Below are positions 12,582-23,049 of a stretch of DNA of 64,000 nucleotides, one piece after another (positions within the stretch are counted from its first letter, which is position 1; the number at the start of each line of letters is the position of its first letter). The DNA is from Takakia lepidozioides. Lineage: Eukaryota > Plantae > Bryophyta. The position numbers and the translations under genes were made by a program. The notes beneath the pieces were generated by a model. The model did no database searches. It saw only the letters and a program-made list of their open reading frames with translations, and was not told the origin of the DNA. The DNA lies in assembly GCA_030704615.1 (NCBI GenBank), contig CM060732.1, forward strand, positions 19,964,001 through 20,028,000, in the 5' to 3' direction.

Positions 12582-12942
12582 TTATGGCCCTGGCTTACCC
12601 CTACTTGACAGGTGTTTGCTAAGAAAAATGCTCTCCCAACCCTCCTAAATCGTACCTAATCCTACTCTCTAACGAATCCTCCCCAAGTACTAGAGACACG
12701 TGTCACTCCCTTCGCGGTTCTAAGTGATATGACGCAATGTGCAATGAAAAAAATGTGGGTGCCAGAGGAGGGCTTCCCGGGAGGTACCCAGCATCGATTT
12801 CGTAGAAACCAACGGCCCAAAATACCCCCCACCCAACCAATAGCACCCCTCTCCACTTGGACTCAATGACAAGGAATGCAACATCCCATCGCCCACCAAG
12901 TCCTGGTGTGGAGAAAAGTGAGGGAGAGAATGGCCTCCAAGG

Positions 12943-12950
12943 CCTTATAA
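12943..12950 (-). promoter_or_regulatory. Putative TATA box of the RING cargo gene
   Basis: TTATAAGG on the minus strand, ~60 bp from the proximal unit of array 2. Confidence 0.45.
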
Positions 12951-13429
12951 GCCCCCCCTCCACACTCAGGGTGCGTGCTGTCATCATGACTGCGCACGCT
13001 AGTAATAGCTGCGACCGCCAACAGGGGGTGGTCGCATCATTTTTTTTTTCTTTATTAGGTGCGACCACCAGCAGGGGTGGTCACAAAAAAATTATTTATT
13101 TAATAGGTGCGACCACCAGCAGGGGGGTGGTCGCAGATTTTTTTATTTTTTTAATGGGTGCGACCACCAACAGGAGGGTGGTCGCAGATTTTTAAAAAAA
13201 AAATAGGTGCGACCACCAGCAGGGAGGTGGTCTTTAATTTTTCTTTTTTTTAATAGGCGCGACTACCAGTAGGGGGGTGGTCGCAGAAATTTTATTTAAA
13301 ACAAATAGGTGCGACCACCACCTGCTGGTGGTCGCACTATTTTCCTTTTTTTAAAATAGATGCGACCACCAGCAGGGGGGTGGTCGTAGGGGGGTGGTCG
13401 CATAATTTTCCGATTTTTTAATATCTACC

Positions 13430-13670
13430 AACAGTCAGTAGCTCAGTTGGTTAAGTGCACTGAGTGCGACCTGGACGATTCTGGGGTCAAATCTTGCTAC
13501 TTGATGGGTGTGGTATGGTTTGTGTGTGGTGCCCCATTCCTACGCCTCATGGCGCATAAATGAAAGAGGTTATTTTCACTTCTCACTACTAAGGGGCCTG
13601 ATTTGTGAGCTGTCGCTCCCAGGTGTTTCCCAAAACAAAACAAAAAAATAAATAAATTTTAAAAAAAAAA
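13430..13670 (+). mobile_element. tRNA-derived SINE
   Basis: Pol III A-box TAGCTCAGTTGG (~13439), B-box-like GGGTCAAATC (~13484), a unique body and an A-rich tail (13632-13670). It sits in an AT-rich spacer of array 2; no clear TSD. Confidence 0.65.
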
Positions 13671-13816
13671 TCCGCGACCACCAGCAGGGGGGTGGTCGCA
13701 CCATTTTTTTTAGGGGCGACCACCAACAAGGGGGTGGTCGCAGAATTTTCTATTTTTAAATAGCTGCGACCACCAATAGGGGGGTGGTCGGACCATTTTT
13801 CTTTTTGTTAAATAGG

Positions 13817-14140
13817 TGCAAATAATATGTAGAGCAGTTTCATTCGGGCCCTGATTCTACAGTGGTCCAGGAATTACTGTAGCCCAGGAATTAGAGTGGG
13901 GCGCCTATGTAGGAAGGCCACGTGTATTAAGGAATGAGATGAGGGGGTCCAAAAAAAGAATGGAGGAATTGGCTAAATTTAGAATAGGGAGTCCTGTAGG
14001 GTTGACATGTGTCCCAGGGCCTTCTAGAAGGCTCCCAGGGTCGGCGGGCTTCTAGAACGGTCCCACCGCCCTGAGAGGCTATATAAGGGAACCCCCCCCT
14101 TACTACGTACTAACTTACTACCTATTAAATCAGTAAATAG
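13817..14140. mobile_element. Second copy of the solo-LTR-like repeat (inverted, truncated at one end, uninterrupted)
   Basis: Reverse complement of 2806-3071 plus 18656-18710. It starts with TG and is flanked by the direct repeat TAAATAGGTG (13809-13818, 14134-14143) inside a palindrome unit. Confidence 0.75.
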
Positions 14141-14923
14141 GTGTGACTACCAGCAGGGGGGTGGTCGCAACATTTTTCTTTTATTTTAACAGTTGCGACG
14201 ACCGCTACTGGTGGTTGCACAATTATTATTTTTAAAATAGGTGCGACCACCAGGAGGTTGGTCCCCTTGCACCTGTATGTATATTTGGAGAGGCAAATAA
14301 AAAGCACATGTATCGACTCCCCATGGATTTGTGAAGGGGAAGATGAATGTTGGGAGCTGCACCTGGCCTTTGTGGCTTTCGAAACCATAATAGGAAATCA
14401 ACAATGTAAAGATAATGACGAAACACAAACACACGCACAACCACCAAACCCTTTCTTGGGTACACATATTCCACCATTTTTATTTCCGTACACGTATGCA
14501 TGTACCCAAACTGAAACATGGATATCCATGGAAACATACTACACATAATGTGACAGAAGTTATAGCTGTACTTAGTTCCGTCTGGCACGACGACGATGGT
14601 ATGATCTCACGCCTAGTACAAAATCTTCGTCCCCACTCACTTCACCCCCGTTCCCATGATCAGTGCTAGAATCATGATCTCCATCTGTTCTTTCGTTTCT
14701 AGAGGCAACTGGCCGTTGGACCTGTAGTCGTCCTCGGAGTACGTTCACTTGTATCTCTAGTCAATTTCCACTCCTATCATGAATACCATCTAGGGTATCA
14801 GGCCTGTTCACAGATCGCTCACCAACAAAAAGTTGCACAATTCTCTACCGTTTCTAGGCTTGTCCCGGATTTCGTGGTGGCCTTGGAGCAGGTCTCGCAC
14901 GAGGAAGGCTACTCGCACGTACA

Positions 14924-17504
14924 TCAGAGGGGCCGACATGAGAGGAAGGGGCCGAGGGAGCACGGTTCACATGCGGACGTTGTCGGGCCAGATGAAACGA
15001 CAATAGCCGGTTTGACTTGCAGAAGTCCCGCAGTAGAAGAAGCATCTCCCAGGATCGGAGTAGCGATGGAAGGAATTACATGAGGGGGAGAGAGACTAGA
15101 TGGACCAGCATGGGATGGACCGGCTTGAGAAAGAGAAACATGAGATGGAGCGGCGTGAGATGAAGCACGGTTCACAGGGACACGATGTCGGTGAAAGAAT
15201 GACAACGGTCGGTTGTCATCATCCGACGATTCGACCTGCACATCTCCCGCAGTCCATGGAACTCGTGGTGGGGGAGAGTTGACATCAACTTCATTGTTAA
15301 GAGTGTGCTCCACTGGGGAAAAAGGGTCCACAATTGGGATGACACCATATCGCAGTTCATCATCAACAAGGTCATCGAATGATGGATGCATTGCAACATC
15401 ATTGTCATTAAATTCATATGGGTCATGTGGAGGATTGTCCACATCATCGGACCCATCCCAACCGTTGGAGTCGGAGTCCCTTGCGGTGTCGGTGTCATCA
15501 TTGCTGCTAGATTGGACATCTGAGGCAGATTCTTCAGACAACAGATTCTTCTCGTACCATGCAGATGTGTCACTTGCTGTCCTCTCTCGCCGTAGGCTAC
15601 AATTCGTGTAGACATAAACCAATTTGTCAGCCCTGGCAGGATTCAACCTGTTGCGAATCTTGTTGTGAACAAACAAGTAACTGCTCCAGTTCCGCTCACA
15701 GGACGACGCTGAGCACACTTGAGCAAGAATATGCTTTGCAATGGGAGCTAACGTTCTTGCTCCAGCTCCAATCAGATCCCACCATTCATGTGGCAACACG
15801 TTCATTGCTTTTGGATCCGACATGTCATGGAAAGGATTCTGGCGATCCGAGAAGCACTGGTACTCGGACAAAGCTCGCTCTACCATGTTCAAGGGCGCGA
15901 GTTGCATGATGACCCGTACAAGCCCGACTTTGGCATCCACATCGTCTCTCAAATCTGTATTGTCCTGCAAGAATGGATTTAGCAAGGCCCCTGCATAATG
16001 CAAGTCCGTGCGAACCATCCGTTTGCGGTCGTAAAATGCATCATCGGTCCTTGCCGCCAAATCATCGTCCATAGAAAATGGAGGACGCCTCAAGGATTGC
16101 ATGTGCTTCTCAAGGTTTTCCAATATCAACCATGCTTTATCCATTATTGGTTGTTTTCCATCAAACTCCCGCAAAGCAATCAACACCGGCTCCACCATGT
16201 ACACAAAATTTGCACATTTCGCCCAGAAATCGTCGGAGCGAATGATTGCGCGGACCCTCCGACTTTTGCTCAAAGACTTGGACTTACGAGAGTCGCGTAA
16301 GGTGCCCACATACGCATCCCATTGAGGGTCAATGATCAGCTGCTCCAGACCCGCCCTCACAGTCACCAGTCGATCCACCATCAAAAAGTTTGTGGCAAAG
16401 CGGGTTTTACCCGGGTTCCTAAGGCTGTATTTGGGTTCATGCTTTCTAAACAATGCCAGAGGGATGTGATGTATACGAATGAACGTCACAACCGACTTTG
16501 TCCTTTTTACTAGTTGTTTCATCCATGATTCTTTTCCTCAATCCTCCAAAAGGAGATCAAAGATATGAGCAGCACACCTTTGATAATATAGATGGGGATA
16601 TCGTACCATCAAAATATCGGCCATATTAACCATGTTAGATGCATTGTCCGTGTACACTTGGACAAATTTTATTAGCTCCAATTTTATCGATGAAACTCGT
16701 CAACAATCCTGCTTGATAACGTGCATCTTTTCTCTCCCCGCTTGTGTCAACGGATCCCAAAAATTGTTCCCCCGCAGGACAGACCAGCATGATATTGAAC
16801 AGTGGTCGATTACTAACAGAACTCTAACCGTCCGCACATATAGTGCTTCCATATTTCCGGAGAGAATCACCTGTCTTTTCATTCACCTTTTGGGTGAGGT
16901 CAGAGATAGCCTCTTCTAGCAATCTTGTGCGGAGATCGCGATAACTCGGAGGTGTGTATGTGGACTTGGAATCGGACGTGGCTTTGACAGCAGCCACAAA
17001 CGCAAGAAGCCTCGAGACATTGAACGGAATATTGGCCTCGTAGAAAAATTGGGTCCACTTCTTATCTAGAGTCCTCCTGTGCGACAAATTTAAGCCTTCT
17101 TGCATTGATTGTTGCCTCAATGGTCTGGTCCGTACAAGTGCTGGCGTACAATCGGGTGTTGCTCCTGACCCACCGGCTTCTCCACGAACAGCAGACGCCT
17201 CGCAAGAATCCCCCTGGGTACAACTCTGAGGGACATTTTGATTCGAACCTGGAGTGTTTGGCTCAGAAGCCGCGGCCACATCAAGAGACAGTGGGATATT
17301 GCCTCTACATTGGGCAAAGTGGGCTTTCACTCGCATGAAGGCTTTTGGGCACAAACTAGCCCCTGCATTCTTTCCATCTCTGTAGCCGAGGTGATATAAC
17401 ATGCGATCTTTGCGACCCGCCAGCTTCAATGCACAAAGATTGCATTGAACACCGTCTTTTTTGTGCGGGTCTACGGTGAACCAAGGGATCCACTCCTCCC
17501 TCAT
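14924..17504 (-). pseudogene. hAT-family transposase (BED zinc finger, DUF659, hAT dimerisation domain) with two in-frame stops
   Basis: BED-like CNLC...HL; FFYEANIPFN; PSY..LRTRLL; ADG* (TAG 16824-16826 where DGW is expected); VQVYTDNASN; CAAH; LLED* (TGA 16538-16540); TRFAT; WWDLIG; SASSCERNWS; RNRL; LVYVYTN. All lie in one frame. Confidence 0.95.
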
Positions 17505-17813
17505 CCTCACACCCAAAACCCTAACCACAAAGGTTGAACGAAGAACACTAGTGTACTTGGTAGATTTGTCAAGAGCAATAGAAGTTAGAACAGAATGCGA
17601 TGGCCCAACACTACGGCATCAATCCATCCAAGTAGATCAATGCACCATGTAATATTGTGTTTTTCGACAATTTGCTGTAGTGGCTCTGGTGGAAGCCACA
17701 ACAACAAACAGTCCGCACCCTCCTCTTGGGCTTACACTCTTGCTCAAGGAATAGAGAACATTCACTCGCCACAAAAGTGTTTGCCACAAAAGAAGTGAGG
17801 GGTATTGGGACCA

Positions 17814-17822
17814 CCTTATATA
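17814..17822 (-). promoter_or_regulatory. Putative TATA box of the transposase gene
   Basis: TATATAAGG on the minus strand, ~50 bp from the proximal unit of array 3. Confidence 0.55.
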
Positions 17823-17869
17823 CCCTCCAGCCTCCAAGCCTCACACGCTCGACGAATCAGAATCCAATG

Positions 17870-18433
17870 TTGCGACTGCTCCAGGTCGCACGAGGAAGTC
17901 ACATGTTATTTTTTAAAAAAAAACTGCTGCGATCACCCTCATGCTGGTGGTCGCAGATATTAAAAAACAGAAAATTGTTGCGACCACCCCCCTGCTGGTG
18001 GTCGCACCTATTAAAAAAAAGAAAAATGTTGCGACCACCCCCATGCTCGTGGTCACAGAGATTATTAAATAAATAAAATAAATAAAAAATAAAAAATTGC
18101 TGCGACCACTCCCCTGCTGGTGGTCGCACCTATTAAAAAAACTGAAAAATGCTGCGACTACCCCCATGGTGGTGATCGCAGATATTAAAAAATAAAAAAC
18201 TGTTGCGACCACCCCCCTGATGGTGGTTGCACCTATTACAAATAAAATAAAAATTGTGCGACCACCAGTAGCGGTGGTCGCAACTGTTTAAGAAAAGAAA
18301 AAAATGCGACCACCCCTGCTGGTGGTCGCATCTATTTTTAAAAAACAAAAATGCTGCAACAACCCCTCTGCTGGTGGTCGCAACTATTAAAAAATAAGAT
18401 AAATTCTGCCACCACCACCATTTGGAGGTCGCA
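17870..18433. repeat. Array 3 of ~11 palindromic units, inverted relative to array 1
   Basis: TGCGACCACC-ccctgct-GGTGGTCGCA units at ~17871, 17927, 17979, 18030, 18101, 18152, 18204, 18257, 18305, 18355 and 18407. Confidence 0.9.
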
Positions 18434-18655
18434 CCAATTTAACAATAATGATTTTACAAATATTGGCGGATGGAGTAATTTATAAAACAATTCATTCACT
18501 TGCCAAGATGTCGCCTGGAATACAACGTGTCCACCTACGTGGCATATTTTTCACCTAACTCATGTTTTACTGATTTTTCGGCAAAACTGACGTGACGTTG
18601 GTTGCGTCAGCGTCAAGTCCGACGTGACGTGACGTCACTGACGTGCGCAACCCTG

Positions 18656-18710
18656 ATTCCTGGACCACTCTAGAATCAGGGCCTGAATGAAACTGCTCTA
18701 CATATTTACA
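18656..18710. mobile_element. Right part of the split solo-LTR-like repeat
   Basis: ATTCCTGGACCACTCTAGAATCAGGGCCTGAATGAAACTGCTCTACATATT matches the reverse complement of 13824-13873 and ends in ...TTTACA. Confidence 0.75.
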
Positions 18711-19949
18711 ATAATGCCAATCACTCTTTAAGTTGGGAAGTCAGGTGGGGTCTAAGATTGGATCCAGTGGGGTGGATGGTTGTCGAAGTACAATTTTCCC
18801 GATGGCGAGGTGAAGAAGGGGAGCAAGAGATTATTGGTGGTGACAGAGTTGGAGAGCTGGAGGTTGAAGGCAGGCAAGTACTCGGTCATGCAAGTAGGTG
18901 GCCATCTCTTTCAAGTTCTAGGGTTGACATGGCCATCCGTAGAGTTAGTCACACTCCACGGAATCATGTCAAGGTATATCCGCCTACCTTTGACTCGTTT
19001 CACCTGACTATCCTGCTGGTAATTTCAAAGTGAATCATCCAGCATGAGTTTGGATTCAAACCTCTACAAGTTTTGATTAGAATGAGAAATACTTTTCTTT
19101 CTTTTGGTGCAGAATGGTTTTAGCCATCCGTTGACACACAAACGCTGGATTAGCTTGTGAATGCAGGGTGAGTGTGCTGATGGCCCGGTACAGCAATCGG
19201 GTGATGAATTTTGTTGTTCCTGTGACTTTGGGGAATACTGTCAAATAAAGCATGGACGGCAAAGTAGGCATTGGGCCCCTGCCACTTTCTATGATCCTTA
19301 CGAAACTTACTGCTAAACGCACATGTTTTGATCCTGTGCAACTCGCCTAAATTGAAATCCAAATCAGCCAATATGAGTGTTGGTAAAAACTCAACATGAA
19401 AGTGAATGAAAAACAGTTCTTGAACTGCTGCCGGCCTACTTCACAGGACTAAGAATTTAGTTCTTTTGTGTAGAAAAGGGAAAAGAAAAGAAACGAAACT
19501 GCTGTACCTGTCAGCTTCTTCAGTTCATACTTTAGTACAAATGCAATTTAATTTGTAACTGGTAACAGATAGCTGAAAAGAACAATATGATACAACTCAT
19601 GTATCATCTTGCACATAGAGAACATCTCTAATAAATGTGAGATGAAATTCTTTAACCGTGCTAATACCTCAGGCTATGATGCTATCTACTGCTTGTAGTT
19701 GTCCAGGATCTCTATCAAACTCCTTCGATAGCACCTACCTCAGGCCGGATTTCCCCCTGCAAAACATTGCGAGATTGGGTATATATCAACCGCTACCTAT
19801 CCATACTTGCCTTCAATTAGATTTATACCTAAGCCTATTGCCAAGATGCATCAACCTTCCAAGCAAAGCCTCAAGTTGCCTATGCAATATGTGCAAACTA
19901 GCGTAGCACTAGCTCCCAACCCCTATGACTTTCTCATCATCTCGACATA

Positions 19950-20990
19950 CATCTTACTCACATTTTCCAAGATCTCATTTATGTATTCTGCGTCATGGCT
20001 CAAGTCTTTATATGTGTATTCAACACCAATAAACTTGCAAAGACTTGCCACAACATCTCTATACTTTCCTACATCAATAGGATGACATGCAGTAGACATG
20101 TTTGCCCACTATTCTTCCCAAAATTGTTCATCCAGAAGATTCCTGATATCTCGTGGGCTACGCTCATAAAACAGGGGTAAAATTCGGACCTTTGAAGATC
20201 CTTTCTTCTTTTGCCGCATATCCACAAACAATTTTAACTCTATCATTGCCAAATCTTCTTAAAATACTCCTTCGTTATAACAATCATCCCCATGTCAATT
20301 TGCCATAATTGTTGCATGATTTCTTCTGGAATCGACATACCCTTGCATAACGATCAATAATAACTTCATAACATGGAATCTTCTTTAGCTCATTGTAGAG
20401 TCTGACTGCAATTTTTTTTTTTTGATCCATCTTCTCCACCTGTATGGGATATGAAAATACGTAGCTTTCGACCAACAATAGTTGGAGGTGTAGGAACAAG
20501 CGATGGAGTAGAAATTACCCTTGAATGAGAAGGATAAGCCGACGGTGGTAGATTCATATTGCCGGCCTCTGAAAAAGAAGTTTTCCTTTTCTTTCTTTTG
20601 GAAATTTCCCACCGACAAATGAAAACTATGCCAATGAAAAGTAAAGCACCAACACCGACCACAATGCCCACAATCACCTTCACATGAGACTCTGACTAAG
20701 ACCTGGTGGAGGACTAAACACTAGAGGTGGAGCACTGGGGCTTGGAGAACGTAGGGGTGGAGCCATTGGTGCCAGAGGTGGATCAGTTGAAGGACTTTTG
20801 GACGGAGGAGATACAATTTGGGGGTGTCAGGGGTGCAGGTGAAGGTGATATTGGGGGTGGAGGGGAGGGCAATATTGGGGTTGGCGGAGAGGGCAATATT
20901 GGCCCTTGGGGGTGGAGGGGACGGCAATGGTGGACTGGCCGGAGCAGGTACAGGGCCACATGATGAATCATGTGACCAAAAGAACAAGTT
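19950..20990 (-). pseudogene. Decayed Pro-rich / transmembrane / TIR-domain protein gene
   Basis: Pro-rich segment PAPASPPLPSPPPP, then TM helix VIVGIVVGVGALLFIGIVFIC with a basic stop-transfer stretch RKKRK. TIR motifs follow: IFISHTG..KKIAVRLYNEL (frameshift at the T-run ~20412-20423), WAMIEL, RILPLFYE and SLCKFIGVEY. Several stops and frameshifts. Confidence 0.7.
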
Positions 20991-21298
20991 GTTTTGAATA
21001 GTTTGAGGGTTCTAACCGCAAGGGTTGTGGCGTAGATAGTGCAAAGGATGCTAATCATTTAACAAAAAAAGAGGCAATTTTCCAGGAAAACTATGTTTCA
21101 TGCTTAGATTTGCTTTGATACATGTTTGAATTGGTTTTTTTTTTGCTTTATACGATTTGTGAATGATTTTATTAACATACATTCATTTTTGGTTTCAAAG
21201 AACTTAATTTTAAATTAGTTGCAACTTTTTTATTAGATGCTATATTGCTTATAGTATAAGGTTTTTTTTTAAATGTATTATAATTTAATTAAATAACT

Positions 21299-21436
21299 CA
21301 GTGCCTACACTCCTCTCTTCGACGTATGTGTGTGAGGTGCCGCCGGCAGACTCACTTCTACTGTCCCCAGTGTGATGGGGCTTACATGTGCATGGGGGAG
21401 TGTTGGCGTCATGCCCACCGGCTGCGGGAAAGGTGA
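21299..21436 (+). mobile_element. C-terminal Cys-rich zinc-ribbon remnant resembling the piggyBac transposase CRD
   Basis: Translates as RRMCVRCRRQTHFYCPQCDGAYMCMGECWRHAH...*, the CxxC..T...CxxC...C...C....H spacing typical of piggyBac C-termini. The 5' part is missing. Confidence 0.55.
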
Positions 21437-23049
21437 TGGCATTGGAGTGGAGAGTTGCTTTTAGGCTGGTTGCTGTATGTGAGATGGGATGTACGTTGTT
21501 TATGAAGAGGGAGGGGGGTTGTGTTTGGTGGAAGCGGCGGGCTAGTCATCTTCTCCTATGTGTCATGGTCTTGTTCTCGTTTTGCTGTGTCTGGTCGTGA
21601 GTGAGCAGTGGCAAAGTGGGGGGCAGGCCGAGTGTTGGGGTCGTGATGTTCTCCTTTGTGTCATGCTCTCTTCATCGTTTGCTGGTCTGGTTCGTGAGTG
21701 AGCATGGGCAGGGTGGGGGGGGGGCCAGGCCAAGTGTTGGGTTTTGTTGTTTTTTTGGGTGTTGTTGTTTTTTGGGGAGGGTGGATCGTGCTGTCAAGGG
21801 TGGGGTCTTGTTTGTGGGGGTTCTCTGGCTGCTTGGGGGGGGGGGGGGACTGTCTGCACACTGGGCAGATCAGGGGGTTCAAGCCCCCCTCAGTTCTTAG
21901 TCGTGGCTGGTTTCTTTGGCTAGCAGTTGGCCTTGTAAGGTTACCTTAAATTACCTCAGATGAGATCTGGCTCATTTTTATTATGAATTGCGGCACTCAG
22001 TGGCTGAAGTGCGCACCTTAGCGGCTGAAGTGATCACCTCAGCGGCTGATCAAGTGGTGCACTTCAGCGGTATAATTTGGAAATTTTTATTTTATTTTAT
22101 TTTGTGCTTAATGGCAGGTGGACATGGTCGTTGCTTCCCCGGGACCCATTCACTCGCAGCAGATGGGCCCGGAAGCCAAGTCGGGTAGCCAATTGGGCGC
22201 GCACCCATTTTGCTGATGTGGCCCCCTGTGTGGCCTGCCGGAACTGTTTACCGGACAAGCCTCTGTGGGCATGAGATGGAAGTGACTGGAAAAATCACAA
22301 AAAAACCCATCTATAGAGCAATTTTTGGTTTTTTTCAAAACATTTTGGGCCTCTTCTTGCCCTGTGGGCCCTGCAGGATTGCACTAAAGGAAACTTGATT
22401 TTGTAAAAAACTGGAGGAGCTATGTGGATCTTCCTTTCCCTGTGTAGTTTTTCTTCCATTGAACCCCCCCCTAATATTACTCCAAGGCACTCGTCTCGAG
22501 TTCCAAAATGCTGATGAAGTCCGCTTTTCGAATCACACATGATCGCGCGAGATAGAACAGTTCTCTGCCTCCACCACCATGGAAAACCAGTACAATTTAT
22601 AAAACCCAATTTCAATCAACGACGAGGATGCTGTCAGTTGCTCTGGGAGGGATTTTGGAAGCAGCCAAAATTACTTCAATCCATTTTAAAAGAGGGAGTT
22701 TACAAAGCTTCCACAATCCATCTAGGACCAAGTAAGACGACCATCGTGTGTGATTGAATTGTGTGTTATGGACCATCCAGTCACAGACGAAGATCGTGTG
22801 AGTTGGTCCCCATCGTATTATGCAAACATCGTAAAATTCATTCTCATGAAATATTATGAAGTACTTTTGAAAGCCTCCACAATCCGTTTGGCACCACATG
22901 ACAGCATCTTCGGTGTGGATTGAGTACACAACAAACTCCTCCAGCCTCCAGCCTCATCTGTTTCAGCCTCCACTGATAATGAAGTCATCTTGTTTTGATA
23001 ACATTTGATAACACTGTTGTTCCATGCCAGCTCCACAAGACGAGATATT

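Larger units (their letters stand above)
13010..14265. repeat. Array 2 of ~14 GCGACCACC/GGTGGTCGC palindromic units, interrupted by a SINE and an LTR-like insert
   Basis: Units at ~13010, 13060, 13108, 13159, 13208, 13258, 13309, 13361, 13674, 13715, 13765, 14143, 14193 and 14242. Confidence 0.9.
3072..18655 (-). mobile_element. Giant (~15.6 kb) hAT-superfamily DNA transposon carrying kinase and RING cargo genes
   Basis: 8-bp TSD ATTCCTGA (3064-3071) / ATTCCTGG (18656-18663). The right terminus reads CAGGGTTGCGCA inward; the left reads CCTAGTTGCAAA (degenerate). GACGT-rich blocks lie at both ends (3081-3170, 18581-18650), subterminal palindrome arrays are in opposite orientation, and a hAT transposase is inside. 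Confidence 0.8.

Noticed and set aside
13432-13505. Functional tRNA gene
   Set aside because: No convincing acceptor or anticodon stems, a degenerate B-box, and a following body and A-tail typical of a SINE.
2806-14140. Mutator-like element bounded by ~265-bp TIRs
   Set aside because: There is no 9-bp TSD. The left 'TIR' stops at the hAT junction and continues at 18656, so both arms are better explained as copies of one dispersed repeat.
13824-18706. A conventional ~4.9-kb hAT with ~50-bp TIRs around the transposase
   Set aside because: There is no 8-bp TSD at these ends. The apparent TIRs are parts of the LTR-like repeat, and the CAGGG terminus with its TSD is at 18655.
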